Shown here piece by piece: positions 12,032 through 21,888 of a DNA stretch of 63,009 bases. The DNA comes from an uncultured Alphaproteobacteria bacterium (GTDB lineage Bacteria > Pseudomonadota > Alphaproteobacteria > UBA11222). The notes below the pieces were generated by a model that saw nothing but the letters and a program-made list of their open reading frames with translations, ran no database searches and was not told the origin of the DNA. The stretch lies in the NCBI GenBank assembly GCA_964348545.1, contig CAYGDL010000001.1, forward strand, positions 1 through 63,009, read 5' to 3'. The translations under genes were made by a program, and so were the position numbers. How positions within the stretch are numbered: position 1 is the stretch's first letter; every line of letters begins with the position of its first letter.

Positions 12032-12546
12032 GGATCTCGGCGCCACCGGGTGAACTCCGGCGCAGGATTGCCGCAACAATTCCGACTTTGACTACATTTC
12101 TGTTCATGCTTGTCGGTATTATTCCCGCAGGGATACCAGGTTTTAGCATGGTCTCGCCTTTGTTAAGCGTCGCCGCCGTCTTCTTTTGGGTTATATCGCG
12201 TCCTAATCTTATGCCACCGGCTGTGGTGTTTGGGGTTGGACTATTGCAGGATGTTCTTTCTGGTGGCCCCATTGGGCTTTGGGCTTTGACCCTGCTAATT
12301 GTGCAATATCTTTCATTGTCTCAGCGACGTTTCGTTATTGGTCAGACTTTTGGATTGGGATGGGTTGGCCTTTCCGCCGTCGTTATCGGCGCTGCCGGTT
12401 TAATCTGGCTGGGCGCATGTATATATTATGGAGTTCTGTTTTCCGCCGTGCCGGTCCTGATTCAGGCGGCGCTGACGATCCTTGTCTATCCCGCTATGGC
12501 CTGGATTTTAGTGAATATTTCCATCTGGATGCTTAAGGTACAGTGA
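12028..12546 (+). CDS. mreD: Rod shape-determining protein MreD
   Basis: 172-aa polytopic membrane protein. Its start overlaps the mreC stop by 4 nt, which is the canonical operon position. Confidence 0.75.
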   Translation: MRISAPPGELRRRIAATIPTLTTFLFMLVGIIPAGIPGFSMVSPLLSVAAVFFWVISRPNLMPPAVVFGVGLLQDVLSGGPIGLWALTLLIVQYLSLSQRRFVIGQTFGLGWVGLSAVVIGAAGLIWLGACIYYGVLFSAVPVLIQAALTILVYPAMAWILVNISIWMLKVQ

Positions 12547-12568
12547 TGCAACTAAGAGTTCGGTCGTA

Positions 12569-14434
12569 ATGTTACCGGGCGGTCGCGATAATAAACTAAT
12601 CAAGAGTTTTACCCGCCGCGCGGTGATACTGGGCGGCGGGCAGGCGCTGATGTTAACGCTGCTGGCGAGCCGGATTTATTATCTGCAAGTCGTAGAAGCT
12701 GAACAATATAAAGTTCTGTCCGATGAAAATCGTATCAGTCTTCGTTTGATTCCCCCACGCCGGGGAAGAATTTTAGATCGTTTTGGCGAAGAACTGGCCA
12801 CGCAACGTCAGAATTTCGGAGTTGTTTTGATTCCGGAAAGAACGGGGGACGTTCCTGGGACACTGGATATACTTACCGGGATCGTTCCACATATTGCCGA
12901 TAATCGCGCCCGTATATTGCATGATCTGAAGACCAAGCGCAGCTTCGCCCCGATCATCATTGCTGAAGATCTTAGCTGGGATGAATTTGCCGGGATTAAT
13001 GTCAAGAGCTATGATCTGGCTGGCGTGCAACCTGTCGTTGGCGAAACCCGTTCCTATGTGCACGGGCCATTATTATCGCATCTGATTGGCTATGTTGCCG
13101 CTGTTTCCGAAGATGATATCGCAGCAACGGATAATCCGGAACCGGTGCTGAGGGTGCCAGGCTTCAAGATAGGAAAGAGCGGCGTCGAAAAGATGCAGGA
13201 GGAATTGCTGCGCGGTAAAACCGGGAACATGCAGGTTGAGGTGAACGCCTATGACCGGGTGATCCGTGAACTTACCCGCACCGAGGGTTCCCAAGGCAAG
13301 GACACCGTATTAAGTATTGATATCGAGATGCAAAAGGCCGCAGCGGCGGCGCTTGCCGGACAAAGCGGCTCAGTGGTCTGTCTTGATATTCAGCGCGGCG
13401 AAGTGCTGACGCTTGTTTCGGTTCCGGGTTATGATCCCGACACCTTCAATATGGGGCTGTCCAACGCGCAGTGGCGCGCGCTTCAGAATGATCCGATGCA
13501 CCCCTTGATCAACAAATCTATCGCCGGCCTTTATCCGCCGGGATCAACCATCAAACCGCTGGTCGCGCTTGCCGCGCTGGAAAGCGGCGCGATGTCCCCG
13601 TCCGATATCGTCTATTGCAATGGCTGGACGCGCCTTGGCAATCACCTATTCCATTGCTGGAAAAAAGAAGGCCATGGCGCGATGTCGATGCGCGAGGCAA
13701 TCAAACATTCCTGTGATGTGTATTTTTATGAAGCCGGGCGGCGTACCGGAATTGTGCCGATCCAGGAGATGGCCAATCAATTCGGACTTGGCGTTAAGCT
13801 GAATATTGGATTGCCGGAAGAAAAGCAGGGGCTGATACCTTCTCCGGCGTGGAAGCGCGCGCGGTTTAATCAGCCCTGGGTCGGGGGCGAGACATTGATT
13901 GCGGCTATTGGGCAGGGATATATGCAAACAACGCCGTTGCAGTTGGCGGTCATGGCCGCGCGGATCGCAAGCGGAAAGGCCGTCATGCCACGTTTGCTGC
14001 GCGATGTATCGCTTGGCGCAACGCCTGTTGATTTTCCCGATATGACTATTCCGGCCAATCACCTCGATCTCGCCCGCGATGGCATGTGGGCCGTCGTCAA
14101 TGAAATACGTGGCACGGCCTATACAAAACGCATGATGGATAATGTTTATGCATTCTCGGGCAAAACCGGCACGGCCCAGGTGCGTCGGATCAGTCGCGAG
14201 GAACGTTATCGGGCTGGCGGCGTAACCAAAAATGAAAACCTGCCCTGGGAACAGCGCGACCATGCGCTATTTGTTGGCTATGCGCCGTCCGACAAACCAC
14301 GCTATGCCATTTCCGTGGTGGTGGAACATGGCGGGGGCGGTTCGACGATCGCCGCGCCCATTGCCCGCGACATATTGACGCTGGCGCTGGCGCGGGAATC
14401 TCTGGGCCTCAAACTCTATGCACCCATTGCGTAA
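12569..14434 (+). CDS. mrdA: Penicillin-binding protein 2 (elongasome transpeptidase)
   Basis: 621-aa ORF with an N-terminal anchor, PRRGRILDR, and the STIKP (SxxK), SCD and KTGTA motifs. Confidence 0.92.
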   Translation: MLPGGRDNKLIKSFTRRAVILGGGQALMLTLLASRIYYLQVVEAEQYKVLSDENRISLRLIPPRRGRILDRFGEELATQRQNFGVVLIPERTGDVPGTLDILTGIVPHIADNRARILHDLKTKRSFAPIIIAEDLSWDEFAGINVKSYDLAGVQPVVGETRSYVHGPLLSHLIGYVAAVSEDDIAATDNPEPVLRVPGFKIGKSGVEKMQEELLRGKTGNMQVEVNAYDRVIRELTRTEGSQGKDTVLSIDIEMQKAAAAALAGQSGSVVCLDIQRGEVLTLVSVPGYDPDTFNMGLSNAQWRALQNDPMHPLINKSIAGLYPPGSTIKPLVALAALESGAMSPSDIVYCNGWTRLGNHLFHCWKKEGHGAMSMREAIKHSCDVYFYEAGRRTGIVPIQEMANQFGLGVKLNIGLPEEKQGLIPSPAWKRARFNQPWVGGETLIAAIGQGYMQTTPLQLAVMAARIASGKAVMPRLLRDVSLGATPVDFPDMTIPANHLDLARDGMWAVVNEIRGTAYTKRMMDNVYAFSGKTGTAQVRRISREERYRAGGVTKNENLPWEQRDHALFVGYAPSDKPRYAISVVVEHGGGGSTIAAPIARDILTLALARESLGLKLYAPIA

Positions 14435-14449
14435 ATCACTTAGGCCGAC

Positions 14450-15562
14450 TTACCGGTTGCGGTGATCACGAGCTTGTCCAGCGATTTTCGGGTGCGGATA
14501 GGGATGGTGCACTTCTTTGCGACGGAAGGGAATCTTCTGCATTTTCGCAACGGCTTCATTGTAAATCGCCAGCAATTGATCTTCGATCGCATAGTTCAGC
14601 GGATCATCACGTTTTGCGAACTTGCCGTCATTGTCCGGTTTGTATTTTAACGTCCAGGCGACGGTGCGGGCAATGGCTTCCTGCATGGGCACAATATCGC
14701 GATAGCCAAGATCATTTTTAATATTATGCAAATCCAACAATTGATGGTTTGTCGATGTATCCAGCGGCAGGAAATCGCGGGTGGTATGGGCATAGGCGTC
14801 AGGAATGCCGCAAATTTCAAACTCCCAATCCATGCAGCGGGCGATCATCTGCACCCAGTTTGCTACGCTGATGGCCTGCTCATCTGCGCAATTATAGATT
14901 TTTCCGGCGGCGGCGTCAGGCTTGTCAACGGCCAGAAGAACCGCATGCGCCATATTTTCCGCATAGCCGCGTGACACGACAGTCAGCCCGCCATCCGGCA
15001 ATACAATCTGCCGACGTTTGTCCTGGGCGCGTTTCATCACCAGCCATTCAAGCGAACCGATCGCGTTGGGACCATAGACCATCGGATAGCGAAAAGTGGT
15101 AGCGTTGTAATGGCCAGCCTTGTGAAAGCCCATGATCGTATCTTCGGTCTGGCGGATCAGCCATCCGAAACTGGCCTCTTCGGAAGATTCAATGCGCTGT
15201 GCGTTTTCCAGTGTCGGGATCGGCATGCCTGGCGGGTAATTATCCTGGGGGTTGAACATGCCGCGATAGCTGGGCGGGCCGCCAATGGTAATCAGCCGCG
15301 TCGTGATTCCGATCAGCGCCTCAGCGATCACCCGGATGCGCCCATAGGTGGCGATCACAATATCAAACTTGCGGCCATCCAGGGCGGGGTCAATGGTCTC
15401 CCGGAAATGTGGATCAACATGGATATGTTCGACCTCGGGCGGATTTTCCTCAAGCTCATGCGTGCCGCGATGCAATATCGCCACCTCATAGCCGCGCGCG
15501 ATCAGCCCATTCACAAGATAAGGGCCGGTTGGCCCCGTTCCCCCGATTACCAATGCTTTCAT
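14450..15562 (-). CDS. NAD(P)-dependent epimerase/dehydratase-like protein, paralog 1
   Basis: 370-aa ORF with the Rossmann N-terminus MKALVIGGTGPTGPYLVNGL. It is a paralog of the adjacent gene, and both end ..DHRNR. Confidence 0.75.
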   Translation of the reverse strand: MKALVIGGTGPTGPYLVNGLIARGYEVAILHRGTHELEENPPEVEHIHVDPHFRETIDPALDGRKFDIVIATYGRIRVIAEALIGITTRLITIGGPPSYRGMFNPQDNYPPGMPIPTLENAQRIESSEEASFGWLIRQTEDTIMGFHKAGHYNATTFRYPMVYGPNAIGSLEWLVMKRAQDKRRQIVLPDGGLTVVSRGYAENMAHAVLLAVDKPDAAAGKIYNCADEQAISVANWVQMIARCMDWEFEICGIPDAYAHTTRDFLPLDTSTNHQLLDLHNIKNDLGYRDIVPMQEAIARTVAWTLKYKPDNDGKFAKRDDPLNYAIEDQLLAIYNEAVAKMQKIPFRRKEVHHPYPHPKIAGQARDHRNR

Positions 15563-15614
15563 TAGCCTGTTTTTCTCCCTGCTTCCGCGATTTCGGTTCA
15601 GCGGTTAGTTGTGG

Positions 15615-16703
15615 TTAGCGGTTTCTATGGTCAAGCCCTTCACCTGGTTTTTTGGGATGCGCATAGGAATGATGCACAGGTTCGGGGGTGAATGGAATGT
15701 TTTGCAGTTGCGCCCTGGTCTGATTATAGACGGCCAGCAACTGATCCTCCATCGCAATGTCCAGCGGCGTCGTATCCGGCCTGTTTTTCAGCATCCATTG
15801 CACCGTATGCGGAATAGCTTTCTGCATCGGAAGCACATCGCGATATCCCAGATCCTCGCGGATGGCGGCAATATCCATGATCTGATGGTTGACGGAATTA
15901 TGGTACAATAAAAAGTCAGCCGCCGAATAAGCGAATTGGCCCGGCAGGCTGCATATTTCAAATTCCCAGTCCATGCTGCGGGCAATCATCTGCACCCATT
16001 GCGCGACCGTCAGTCCCTGTTCGTCGGCGCAATTATAAATTTTTCCGGCGGACGCTTCCGGTTTGTCCACGGCAAGCAGCACGGCATGGGCCATATTTTC
16101 CGCATAGCCGCGCGACAGGACAGTCAGCCCGCCTTCGGGCAAAATGATTTGCCGACGCTTCGCCTGCACCCGCTTCATAATGCGCCATTCCAGCGAGCGA
16201 ATGGAATTTGGTCCATATACCATTGGATAGCGGAACATGGTGGCGTTAAAATGTCCGGCCGCATGCCCGTTCATCACGACATCTTCTGTGTGGCGGATCA
16301 ACCAGCCAAACTCAAACTCTTCTCGTGTGGCGATGCGCTGCGCGTCTTCGCGGGTGGGAATGGGCATGCCAGGCGGCGTATTCGCCTGCGGCTGCATCAT
16401 ACCGCGATAGCCAACCGCGCCGCCGACAGCAATCAATCTGGGCGTCACGCCAACCACAGCGTCCGCTATGATGCGGATACGCCCATAGGTGGCGATCACG
16501 ACATCAAACTGGCGTCCGCTTAAGCCTTCGTCCAGGGTTTCCCGGAAATGCGGATCCTTGTGAATATGCTCAATATCCAACGGATTTTCAGGCAGTTCAT
16601 GGGCACCGCGATGCAACATGGCCACTTCATAGCCGCGTTTTTGCAGGCCATGTATAATGAAGGGGCCGGTTGGCCCGGTCCCGCCGATCACCAAAGCTTT
16701 CAT
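15615..16703 (-). CDS. NAD(P)-dependent epimerase/dehydratase-like protein, paralog 2
   Basis: The start is set at ATG 16703 (MKALVIGGTGPTGPFIIHGL) with GGGAGGG 3 nt upstream. The longer ORF-track start at 17018 would overlap the divergent gene. Confidence 0.75.
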   Translation of the reverse strand: MKALVIGGTGPTGPFIIHGLQKRGYEVAMLHRGAHELPENPLDIEHIHKDPHFRETLDEGLSGRQFDVVIATYGRIRIIADAVVGVTPRLIAVGGAVGYRGMMQPQANTPPGMPIPTREDAQRIATREEFEFGWLIRHTEDVVMNGHAAGHFNATMFRYPMVYGPNSIRSLEWRIMKRVQAKRRQIILPEGGLTVLSRGYAENMAHAVLLAVDKPEASAGKIYNCADEQGLTVAQWVQMIARSMDWEFEICSLPGQFAYSAADFLLYHNSVNHQIMDIAAIREDLGYRDVLPMQKAIPHTVQWMLKNRPDTTPLDIAMEDQLLAVYNQTRAQLQNIPFTPEPVHHSYAHPKKPGEGLDHRNR

Positions 16704-16739
16704 TTGCCCTCCCGGAACGCAATGAAATATAGTCATGAT

Positions 16740-16763
16740 TATAGAAGACATTATAGAAGACAT
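16740..16763. promoter_or_regulatory. Tandem 12-mer TATAGAAGACAT x2 in a divergent promoter region
   Basis: Perfect head-to-tail duplication lying between the start of epimerase paralog 2 (16703) and the amidohydrolase start (16800). Confidence 0.4.
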
Positions 16764-16799
16764 GTCTGTGAAACGCCATGCAGGAAAGGGAGACGCCGT

Positions 16800-17939
16800 A
16801 TGAAACGCAAATTGATATCGGCTGACGGGCATATTGATTTTCCACTGATGCCGGAAAATCTGTGGCGCGATAATGCGCCCGCTGAACTCAGGGATCGCAT
16901 GCCCCGCGTGGTGGAGCGCAAGGGCAGCCGTATCTGGGAAACGGCCAATGGCGCATCGCTGGGCCTGGCTGGCGGAATGGGTTCTGGCGGACGACGCTAT
17001 CAGCCTGGACAAATTCATCGCTCTGACCGGATGGCCGAACAGGGGCTGTATGCGGATCAGGACAGGGGAATTATGCGCCCCACAGTACCGGAGCTTCGGC
17101 TTAAAGATCAGGATTTGGACGGTCTTTCAGGCGAAGTCCTGTATGGCATTCTGGGTTCCGCCAACAGGCTGGGCGATCCCGATGTCGTAAAATGTGTTGT
17201 CCGCACCTACAATCAATGGCTTGCGGAATTCTGCAAGGTGGCGCCGGGGCGGTTCGCCGGGATCGGGTGTATTTCTGGCGGCACGCCAGAAGAATCGGCG
17301 CAGGAAATTCGCCGTATTGCGACATTGGGATTAAAGGGGGCGGAACTGGGGCTGGCGCATGACATGCTGCCTCTGTGGCATGCGGATTGGGAACCGGTCT
17401 GGAAGGCGTCTGCCGAAACAGGTGTGCCCTTGCATCTGCATACGATCGGCCCAAAACTGGATGATCGATGGTTTAACGATCCTGTCTACAAGCAGCGTTG
17501 GCTGGCGACGCATCTGACAGGTTTTCAGGTGCCGATGCTTTCGGTAATGGCGGCGATTATATTTAGCGGCGCGCTGGAGCGGTATAAAAATCTGAAAGTA
17601 GTCATCGGCGAATCCGGCATCGGCTGGATCCCCTATGTGCTGGAGCGCATGGATTATGAATGGGAAGATCAGTTCAAGGACGTTATTCCCCGTCCGCCCA
17701 GTGAATATTGGTATGGGCATATGTTTGCGACGTTTCAGATTGACCGCGTGGGCATTGAGAATATCAAACGCATCGGCGAAGACAATATCATGTGGGGCAA
17801 TGATTTTCCGCACCCGGATGGTATCTGGCCGGACAGCCAGGCTTCGCTGGCCGAACAGCTTGCAGGGATTGACGAGAAAATTGTGCGCAAAATTACCCAC
17901 GACAATGCGGCGAAACTGTATGGCTTTGCCACATTGTGA
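16800..17939 (+). CDS. Amidohydrolase_2 (ACMSD/LigW-like metal-dependent hydrolase/decarboxylase) family protein
   Basis: ISADGHIDFP at the N-terminus and WGNDFPHPDG near the C-terminus. The start is at ATG 16800, after GGAAAGGGAG. Confidence 0.75.
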   Translation: MKRKLISADGHIDFPLMPENLWRDNAPAELRDRMPRVVERKGSRIWETANGASLGLAGGMGSGGRRYQPGQIHRSDRMAEQGLYADQDRGIMRPTVPELRLKDQDLDGLSGEVLYGILGSANRLGDPDVVKCVVRTYNQWLAEFCKVAPGRFAGIGCISGGTPEESAQEIRRIATLGLKGAELGLAHDMLPLWHADWEPVWKASAETGVPLHLHTIGPKLDDRWFNDPVYKQRWLATHLTGFQVPMLSVMAAIIFSGALERYKNLKVVIGESGIGWIPYVLERMDYEWEDQFKDVIPRPPSEYWYGHMFATFQIDRVGIENIKRIGEDNIMWGNDFPHPDGIWPDSQASLAEQLAGIDEKIVRKITHDNAAKLYGFATL

Positions 17940-18209
17940 TGTGAAAGGGCCTGACATAAGACCAGGATACTCCCATGTCAGCCATTGACGAGGCCAGCGC
18001 ATGCTGTCCGGCAGTATGCCGGATTCTTGCGGAGATGCTTGATGATCTTATGTTGAATGAAACCGGTTAATGAGAGAATTGTGCGCTGCACAGATTTCCG
18101 CGCCTTTCAAAGTTTTGAGATCCGCGATATCGAGCAGAATGACGCCCTTTAGAGAGACGTAAAACGGCATATCCTGGTGAAGCAAGCCCCCTCCTTTTGT
18201 CTGTCTGTC

Positions 18210-18282
18210 TATTAGAGCAGCTTTGCGCGATCAGGTGGAGTTACTTCGTGACCCCACCTGATCGCGCAAATCTGCTCTAATA
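18210..18282. repeat. 73-nt near-perfect palindromic element (29-bp arms, 15-nt loop)
   Basis: TATTAGAGCAGCTTTGCGCGATCAGGTGG ... CCACCTGATCGCGCAAATCTGCTCTAATA, with one mismatch in 29 pairs on manual pairing. Confidence 0.8.
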
Positions 18283-18313
18283 CATTGAAAACTGTACCAA
18301 TTACTTGCGCTGG

Positions 18314-18347
18314 TTAAGTAAATCTTAAATTTTTGTCATTTATATGT
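18314..18347 (+). repeat. 34-nt direct repeat, copy 1, containing TTAA-N7-TTAA
   Basis: TTAAGTAAATCTTAAATTTTTGTCATTTATATGT, identical to 18384-18417. Confidence 0.85.
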
Positions 18348-18383
18348 TGCACGTCCGCCCGGTCCATTCGATCTTGCTCATTC

Positions 18384-18417
18384 TTAAGTAAATCTTAAAT
18401 TTTTGTCATTTATATGT
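18384..18417 (+). repeat. 34-nt direct repeat, copy 2, containing TTAA-N7-TTAA
   Basis: Identical 34-mer located 70 nt downstream of copy 1 and 84 nt upstream of the hybrid kinase start. Confidence 0.85.
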
Positions 18418-18500
18418 AGTCGCCTAACCATAACATTAACTCAACGTTAGTTGTTTTTGGTTAAAAAGGCGTTACAGAACTCTGATGCAGGATCAACCGC

Positions 18501-20657
18501 ATGGACGCACGTTGCCAGGTTATCGAGACCGAACTTCTACGCATGTATGTCGAGGCTCGCCGCCGCAACATTCCATTGCAGATTTTCTTGGTCTTCTCAA
18601 TTGCCGGAATTCTGGTCTATCTTCAGCCGGTATGGGAAGCCGTACTTTGGGTCAGCGCCGGACTTTTCATCACCGCCACGGGGCATGCGCTGTATGCGCG
18701 TTTTCTGTTAAATCCTTGCAGGCCGGAACATTACCGTGGCTGGCTGGCCGCTATTATCGCGCAGCGCATCTGTATTGGCCTGATGCTGTCCACCATGGTT
18801 TTATGGGCGTGGAACCCAGAAATTCCGGCAGGTAATTTAATACTTGTTTTGCTGATCGCAATACAGATTCCACTTTATGCAATGTCCGGCGGGATCGTTC
18901 TGCCGATATTTTATTCCGAGCAACTTTTCGCGGCCTGCGCCGTTGCTTATGGCGCATGGCTGTTGACGGATCAGTGGGGACATCCCGAAGTTTTGGTGCC
19001 GGTTGCCTATTATCTGGTGGCCTGCATGACATTTCCTATCACATTAAACCGCAATATGCGCGAGATGCTGCAATTGCAATTCGGCTTGCAAGAGGCGAAT
19101 ATCGCTGCGGAAGCGGCCAGCCAGGCCAAAAGCAGTTTCCTGTCTACCATGAGCCACGAAATTCGCACACCACTAAATTCCATCATTGGCATGAACGGAT
19201 TATTGCTGGACTCCCCTCTCGCTGCGGAACAGGTTAAATATGCGTTGGCCGCCAAGAATGCCGGCGCACATCTGCTGCATTTGATAAATGACATTCTGGA
19301 TTACAGCAAGCTTGAAGCCGGCCATATCGAACTGGAGATGCTCGATTTCGACTTCCGACAGGAAATCGAATCCGCCATCAGCATTCTTGGTGTCGAGGCG
19401 CATGCGAAAGGAGTGTCGCTGGAGTATGAGGTTGGAGACGGAGTTCCGCTATATTTACGTGGTGATCTCGCCCGTTTGCGGCAGGTGGTGTTCAATTTGG
19501 TGGCGAACGCGGTAAAATTTACGGATCGGGGATTTGTCCGTATTGTTGTTTCGCGACTGCCTGATGCAGCGGACGCGGCTTCAGGCAAAGCGATATTGAA
19601 ACTGGAAGTTATCGATACAGGCATTGGCATATCCGCCGAAAAGATTTCCCTGCTGTTTCGTGATTTTACCCAGGCGGATACATCGACAACACGCAAATTT
19701 GGCGGCACCGGACTTGGCCTGGCGATCAGCAAGCGCATTGTGGAAATGATGTCAGGTGAAATTGGCGTTGAAAGCGCACCCGGCATGGGAAGCACCTTCT
19801 GGTTCACCATGCCGCTCGAATTAGCCGCCCAGGCGGCGCCGGTTACGACGGCTCCCACCGAAGTATTCGAAGATACCGGGATGCTGCGTGTTCTTGTTGC
19901 GGAAGATAATCCCAGCAATCAGCTGTTGATCAGTATACTGCTTGAAAAGCTCAATTGCCTCTGCACAATTTTCCATAATGGTCAGGAAGCCGTGGATGTT
20001 TTAACCCGCGGCGGGCAGTTTGATCTGGTGCTCATGGATATGCAGATGCCGGTAATGGACGGCATTAAAGCCACAAGAAAAATCCGTGGCTTGCCTGGTA
20101 CGATTGGCAAATTGCCAATTATCGCGTTAACCGCCGATGCGATGAATGGCGTTCGCGAAAAGGTGCTGGATGCCGGCATGAATGACTATCTGAGCAAACC
20201 CATTGATGTGGCCGCATTAAAAAAAGTGCTTGCGCATTGGGGTAATATTTCGCGTCAGCAAAATCTTTATGCTGTCGAATCTTTTGAACAGGTCACCGAT
20301 GACAGCCCGCCAGCATTACTGGACGAAACGCTTCTGAACTCGATGGCCGAGGTTTTGGGAGAGCAGAAGACGGCCGATCTGCTCAATGAATTTTGGTCCA
20401 CAGTAGAAGAAAAACTGGCGGAACTGCGTCAGGCTTTGAATAGCAATGATGGCGTCCGCATCCACGCCCTTGCGCATGAGATGAAAGGCTCCGCCGGAAA
20501 CTTTGGCGGCGCGCGCATTGCGCATATTGCGGGTCAACTGGAACAGGACGCCCGTGACCCGATACGCGCTGCGGCATATGTAGAATCCATTTCGCAAGCC
20601 GCACCGGAGACCCAACGCCAGGCGCTGGCCTTTTTCAAGCCGGGCAGGGTGGCCTAA
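18501..20657 (+). CDS. Hybrid sensor histidine kinase/response regulator with C-terminal HPt domain
   Basis: It has a multi-TM N-terminus, the H-box [13 protein letters not shown], ATPase boxes ([16 protein letters not shown]), a receiver domain ([13 protein letters not shown] ... LSKP) and an HPt domain ([11 protein letters not shown]). The start could be 18501 or 18543. Confidence 0.9.
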   Translation: MDARCQVIETELLRMYVEARRRNIPLQIFLVFSIAGILVYLQPVWEAVLWVSAGLFITATGHALYARFLLNPCRPEHYRGWLAAIIAQRICIGLMLSTMVLWAWNPEIPAGNLILVLLIAIQIPLYAMSGGIVLPIFYSEQLFAACAVAYGAWLLTDQWGHPEVLVPVAYYLVACMTFPITLNRNMREMLQLQFGLQEANIAAEAASQAKSSFLSTMSHEIRTPLNSIIGMNGLLLDSPLAAEQVKYALAAKNAGAHLLHLINDILDYSKLEAGHIELEMLDFDFRQEIESAISILGVEAHAKGVSLEYEVGDGVPLYLRGDLARLRQVVFNLVANAVKFTDRGFVRIVVSRLPDAADAASGKAILKLEVIDTGIGISAEKISLLFRDFTQADTSTTRKFGGTGLGLAISKRIVEMMSGEIGVESAPGMGSTFWFTMPLELAAQAAPVTTAPTEVFEDTGMLRVLVAEDNPSNQLLISILLEKLNCLCTIFHNGQEAVDVLTRGGQFDLVLMDMQMPVMDGIKATRKIRGLPGTIGKLPIIALTADAMNGVREKVLDAGMNDYLSKPIDVAALKKVLAHWGNISRQQNLYAVESFEQVTDDSPPALLDETLLNSMAEVLGEQKTADLLNEFWSTVEEKLAELRQALNSNDGVRIHALAHEMKGSAGNFGGARIAHIAGQLEQDARDPIRAAAYVESISQAAPETQRQALAFFKPGRVA

Positions 20658-20677
20658 ACCGCGCTCTAGCGGTTTAG
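20654..20677. terminator. Short hairpin spanning the stops of two convergent genes
   Basis: TAAACCGC-GCTCTA-GCGGTTTA. The kinase stop (20655-20657) and the VWA-gene stop (20666-20668) lie inside it, and there is no T-run. Confidence 0.3.
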
Positions 20678-21841
20678 TTCTTTCATCGCGTCATCCAATC
20701 CACCCAGTGTGAGGGGATACATGCGGTGCGACATTAGTTGCTCTACCACCTGAATGGACGGCGTATATTCCCAATGCTTTTTGGCAACCGGGTTGAGCCA
20801 AACGGCTTTCGGATAAATATCGAGTACGCGTTGATACCAGACCTCACCCGCCTCTTCGTTCCAATGCTCAACGCTGCCGCCGGGATAGGTGATTTCATAG
20901 GGACTCATTGTGGCGTCGCCAACGAAAATTACCTTGTAATCCGAACCATATTTATTCAGCACATCCCAGGTTGGCATCTTTTCATTGTGGCGGCGGCGAT
21001 TGTCCTTCCACAGATGTTCATACAGGCAATTATGGAAATAGAAATATTCCATATGCTTGAACTCGGTCCGCGCCGCCGAGAACAATTCCTCGCAGGTGCG
21101 GATATGGGCGTCCATTGACCCGCCAATATCAAAGAAAATCAGCACTTTGATCTTGTTGCGTCGTTCCGCCTCCATCTTGATGTCAAGATATCCATTGCGC
21201 GCGGTATCGCGAATGGTGCCGGGCAGGTCCAACTGGTCCTGGGCGCCTTCGCGTGCGAAGCGACGAAGCCGACGCAACGCGACTTTGATGTTGCGCGTGC
21301 CCAATTCAACCTGATCATCCAGATTTTTATATTCGCGCTTGTCCCAGACTTTAACCGCACGACCGTGCCGACCCTGCTTCTGGCCGATGCGGACACCTTC
21401 CGGATTGTAACCGTCGGCGCCGAATGGCGACGTGCCGCCGGTTCCGATCGCCTTATTGCCGCCTTCGTGTTTTTTCTTTTGTTCTTCAAGACGCTGCTTC
21501 AGCATTTCCATGAGCTTTTCAAAGCCGCCCATGCTTTCGATCAATTCCTTTTCCTCGTCGGTAAGAAACCGTTCGCCGATGGAACGCAGCCATTCTTCGG
21601 GCAGTTCCTTGTTGGCCACTTCGCCAAGAAATTCCAGGCCCTTGAAATGTTTTCCAAACACCATGTCGAACTTGTCGAGATTGCGTTCGTCCTTAACCAG
21701 CGCCGCACGGGAAAGATAATAGAACTCATCGACGCTGAACTGGGCGACGTTTAACTTCATCGCCTCCATCAGGGTCAAATATTCCCGCAGAGTCACCGGA
21801 ACTTTCGCTTCCTTCAACTCGTAAAAAAAGTTGATGAACAT
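20666..21841 (-). CDS. VWA domain-containing protein (CoxE-like partner of a MoxR-type ATPase)
   Basis: 391-aa ORF with a MIDAS-like FFDIGGSMD motif. It lies directly downstream of the AAA+ gene on the same strand. Confidence 0.7.
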   Translation of the reverse strand: MFINFFYELKEAKVPVTLREYLTLMEAMKLNVAQFSVDEFYYLSRAALVKDERNLDKFDMVFGKHFKGLEFLGEVANKELPEEWLRSIGERFLTDEEKELIESMGGFEKLMEMLKQRLEEQKKKHEGGNKAIGTGGTSPFGADGYNPEGVRIGQKQGRHGRAVKVWDKREYKNLDDQVELGTRNIKVALRRLRRFAREGAQDQLDLPGTIRDTARNGYLDIKMEAERRNKIKVLIFFDIGGSMDAHIRTCEELFSAARTEFKHMEYFYFHNCLYEHLWKDNRRRHNEKMPTWDVLNKYGSDYKVIFVGDATMSPYEITYPGGSVEHWNEEAGEVWYQRVLDIYPKAVWLNPVAKKHWEYTPSIQVVEQLMSHRMYPLTLGGLDDAMKELNR

Positions 21842-21888
21842 CGCCGCCCTCCCTTAGCCTTATTCAAGCCATTGTCTCTGGACTAAAA

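Noticed and set aside
17975-18180. Short ORFs in the AT-rich gap: a 31-aa plus-strand ORF (MSAIDEASACCPAVCRILAEMLDDLMLNETG) and a 40-aa minus-strand ORF (MPFYVSLKGVILLDIADLKTLKGAEICAAHNSLINRFHST).
   Set aside because: Neither has a convincing RBS or a recognisable family. They could be gene fragments, but the evidence is insufficient to annotate them.
18314-18417. Possible CRISPR array, because of identical 34-nt direct repeats.
   Set aside because: There are only two copies. The repeats are AT-rich with a 36-nt intervening segment, there are no cas genes, and the location is immediately upstream of a gene start. A duplicated promoter or operator is more plausible.
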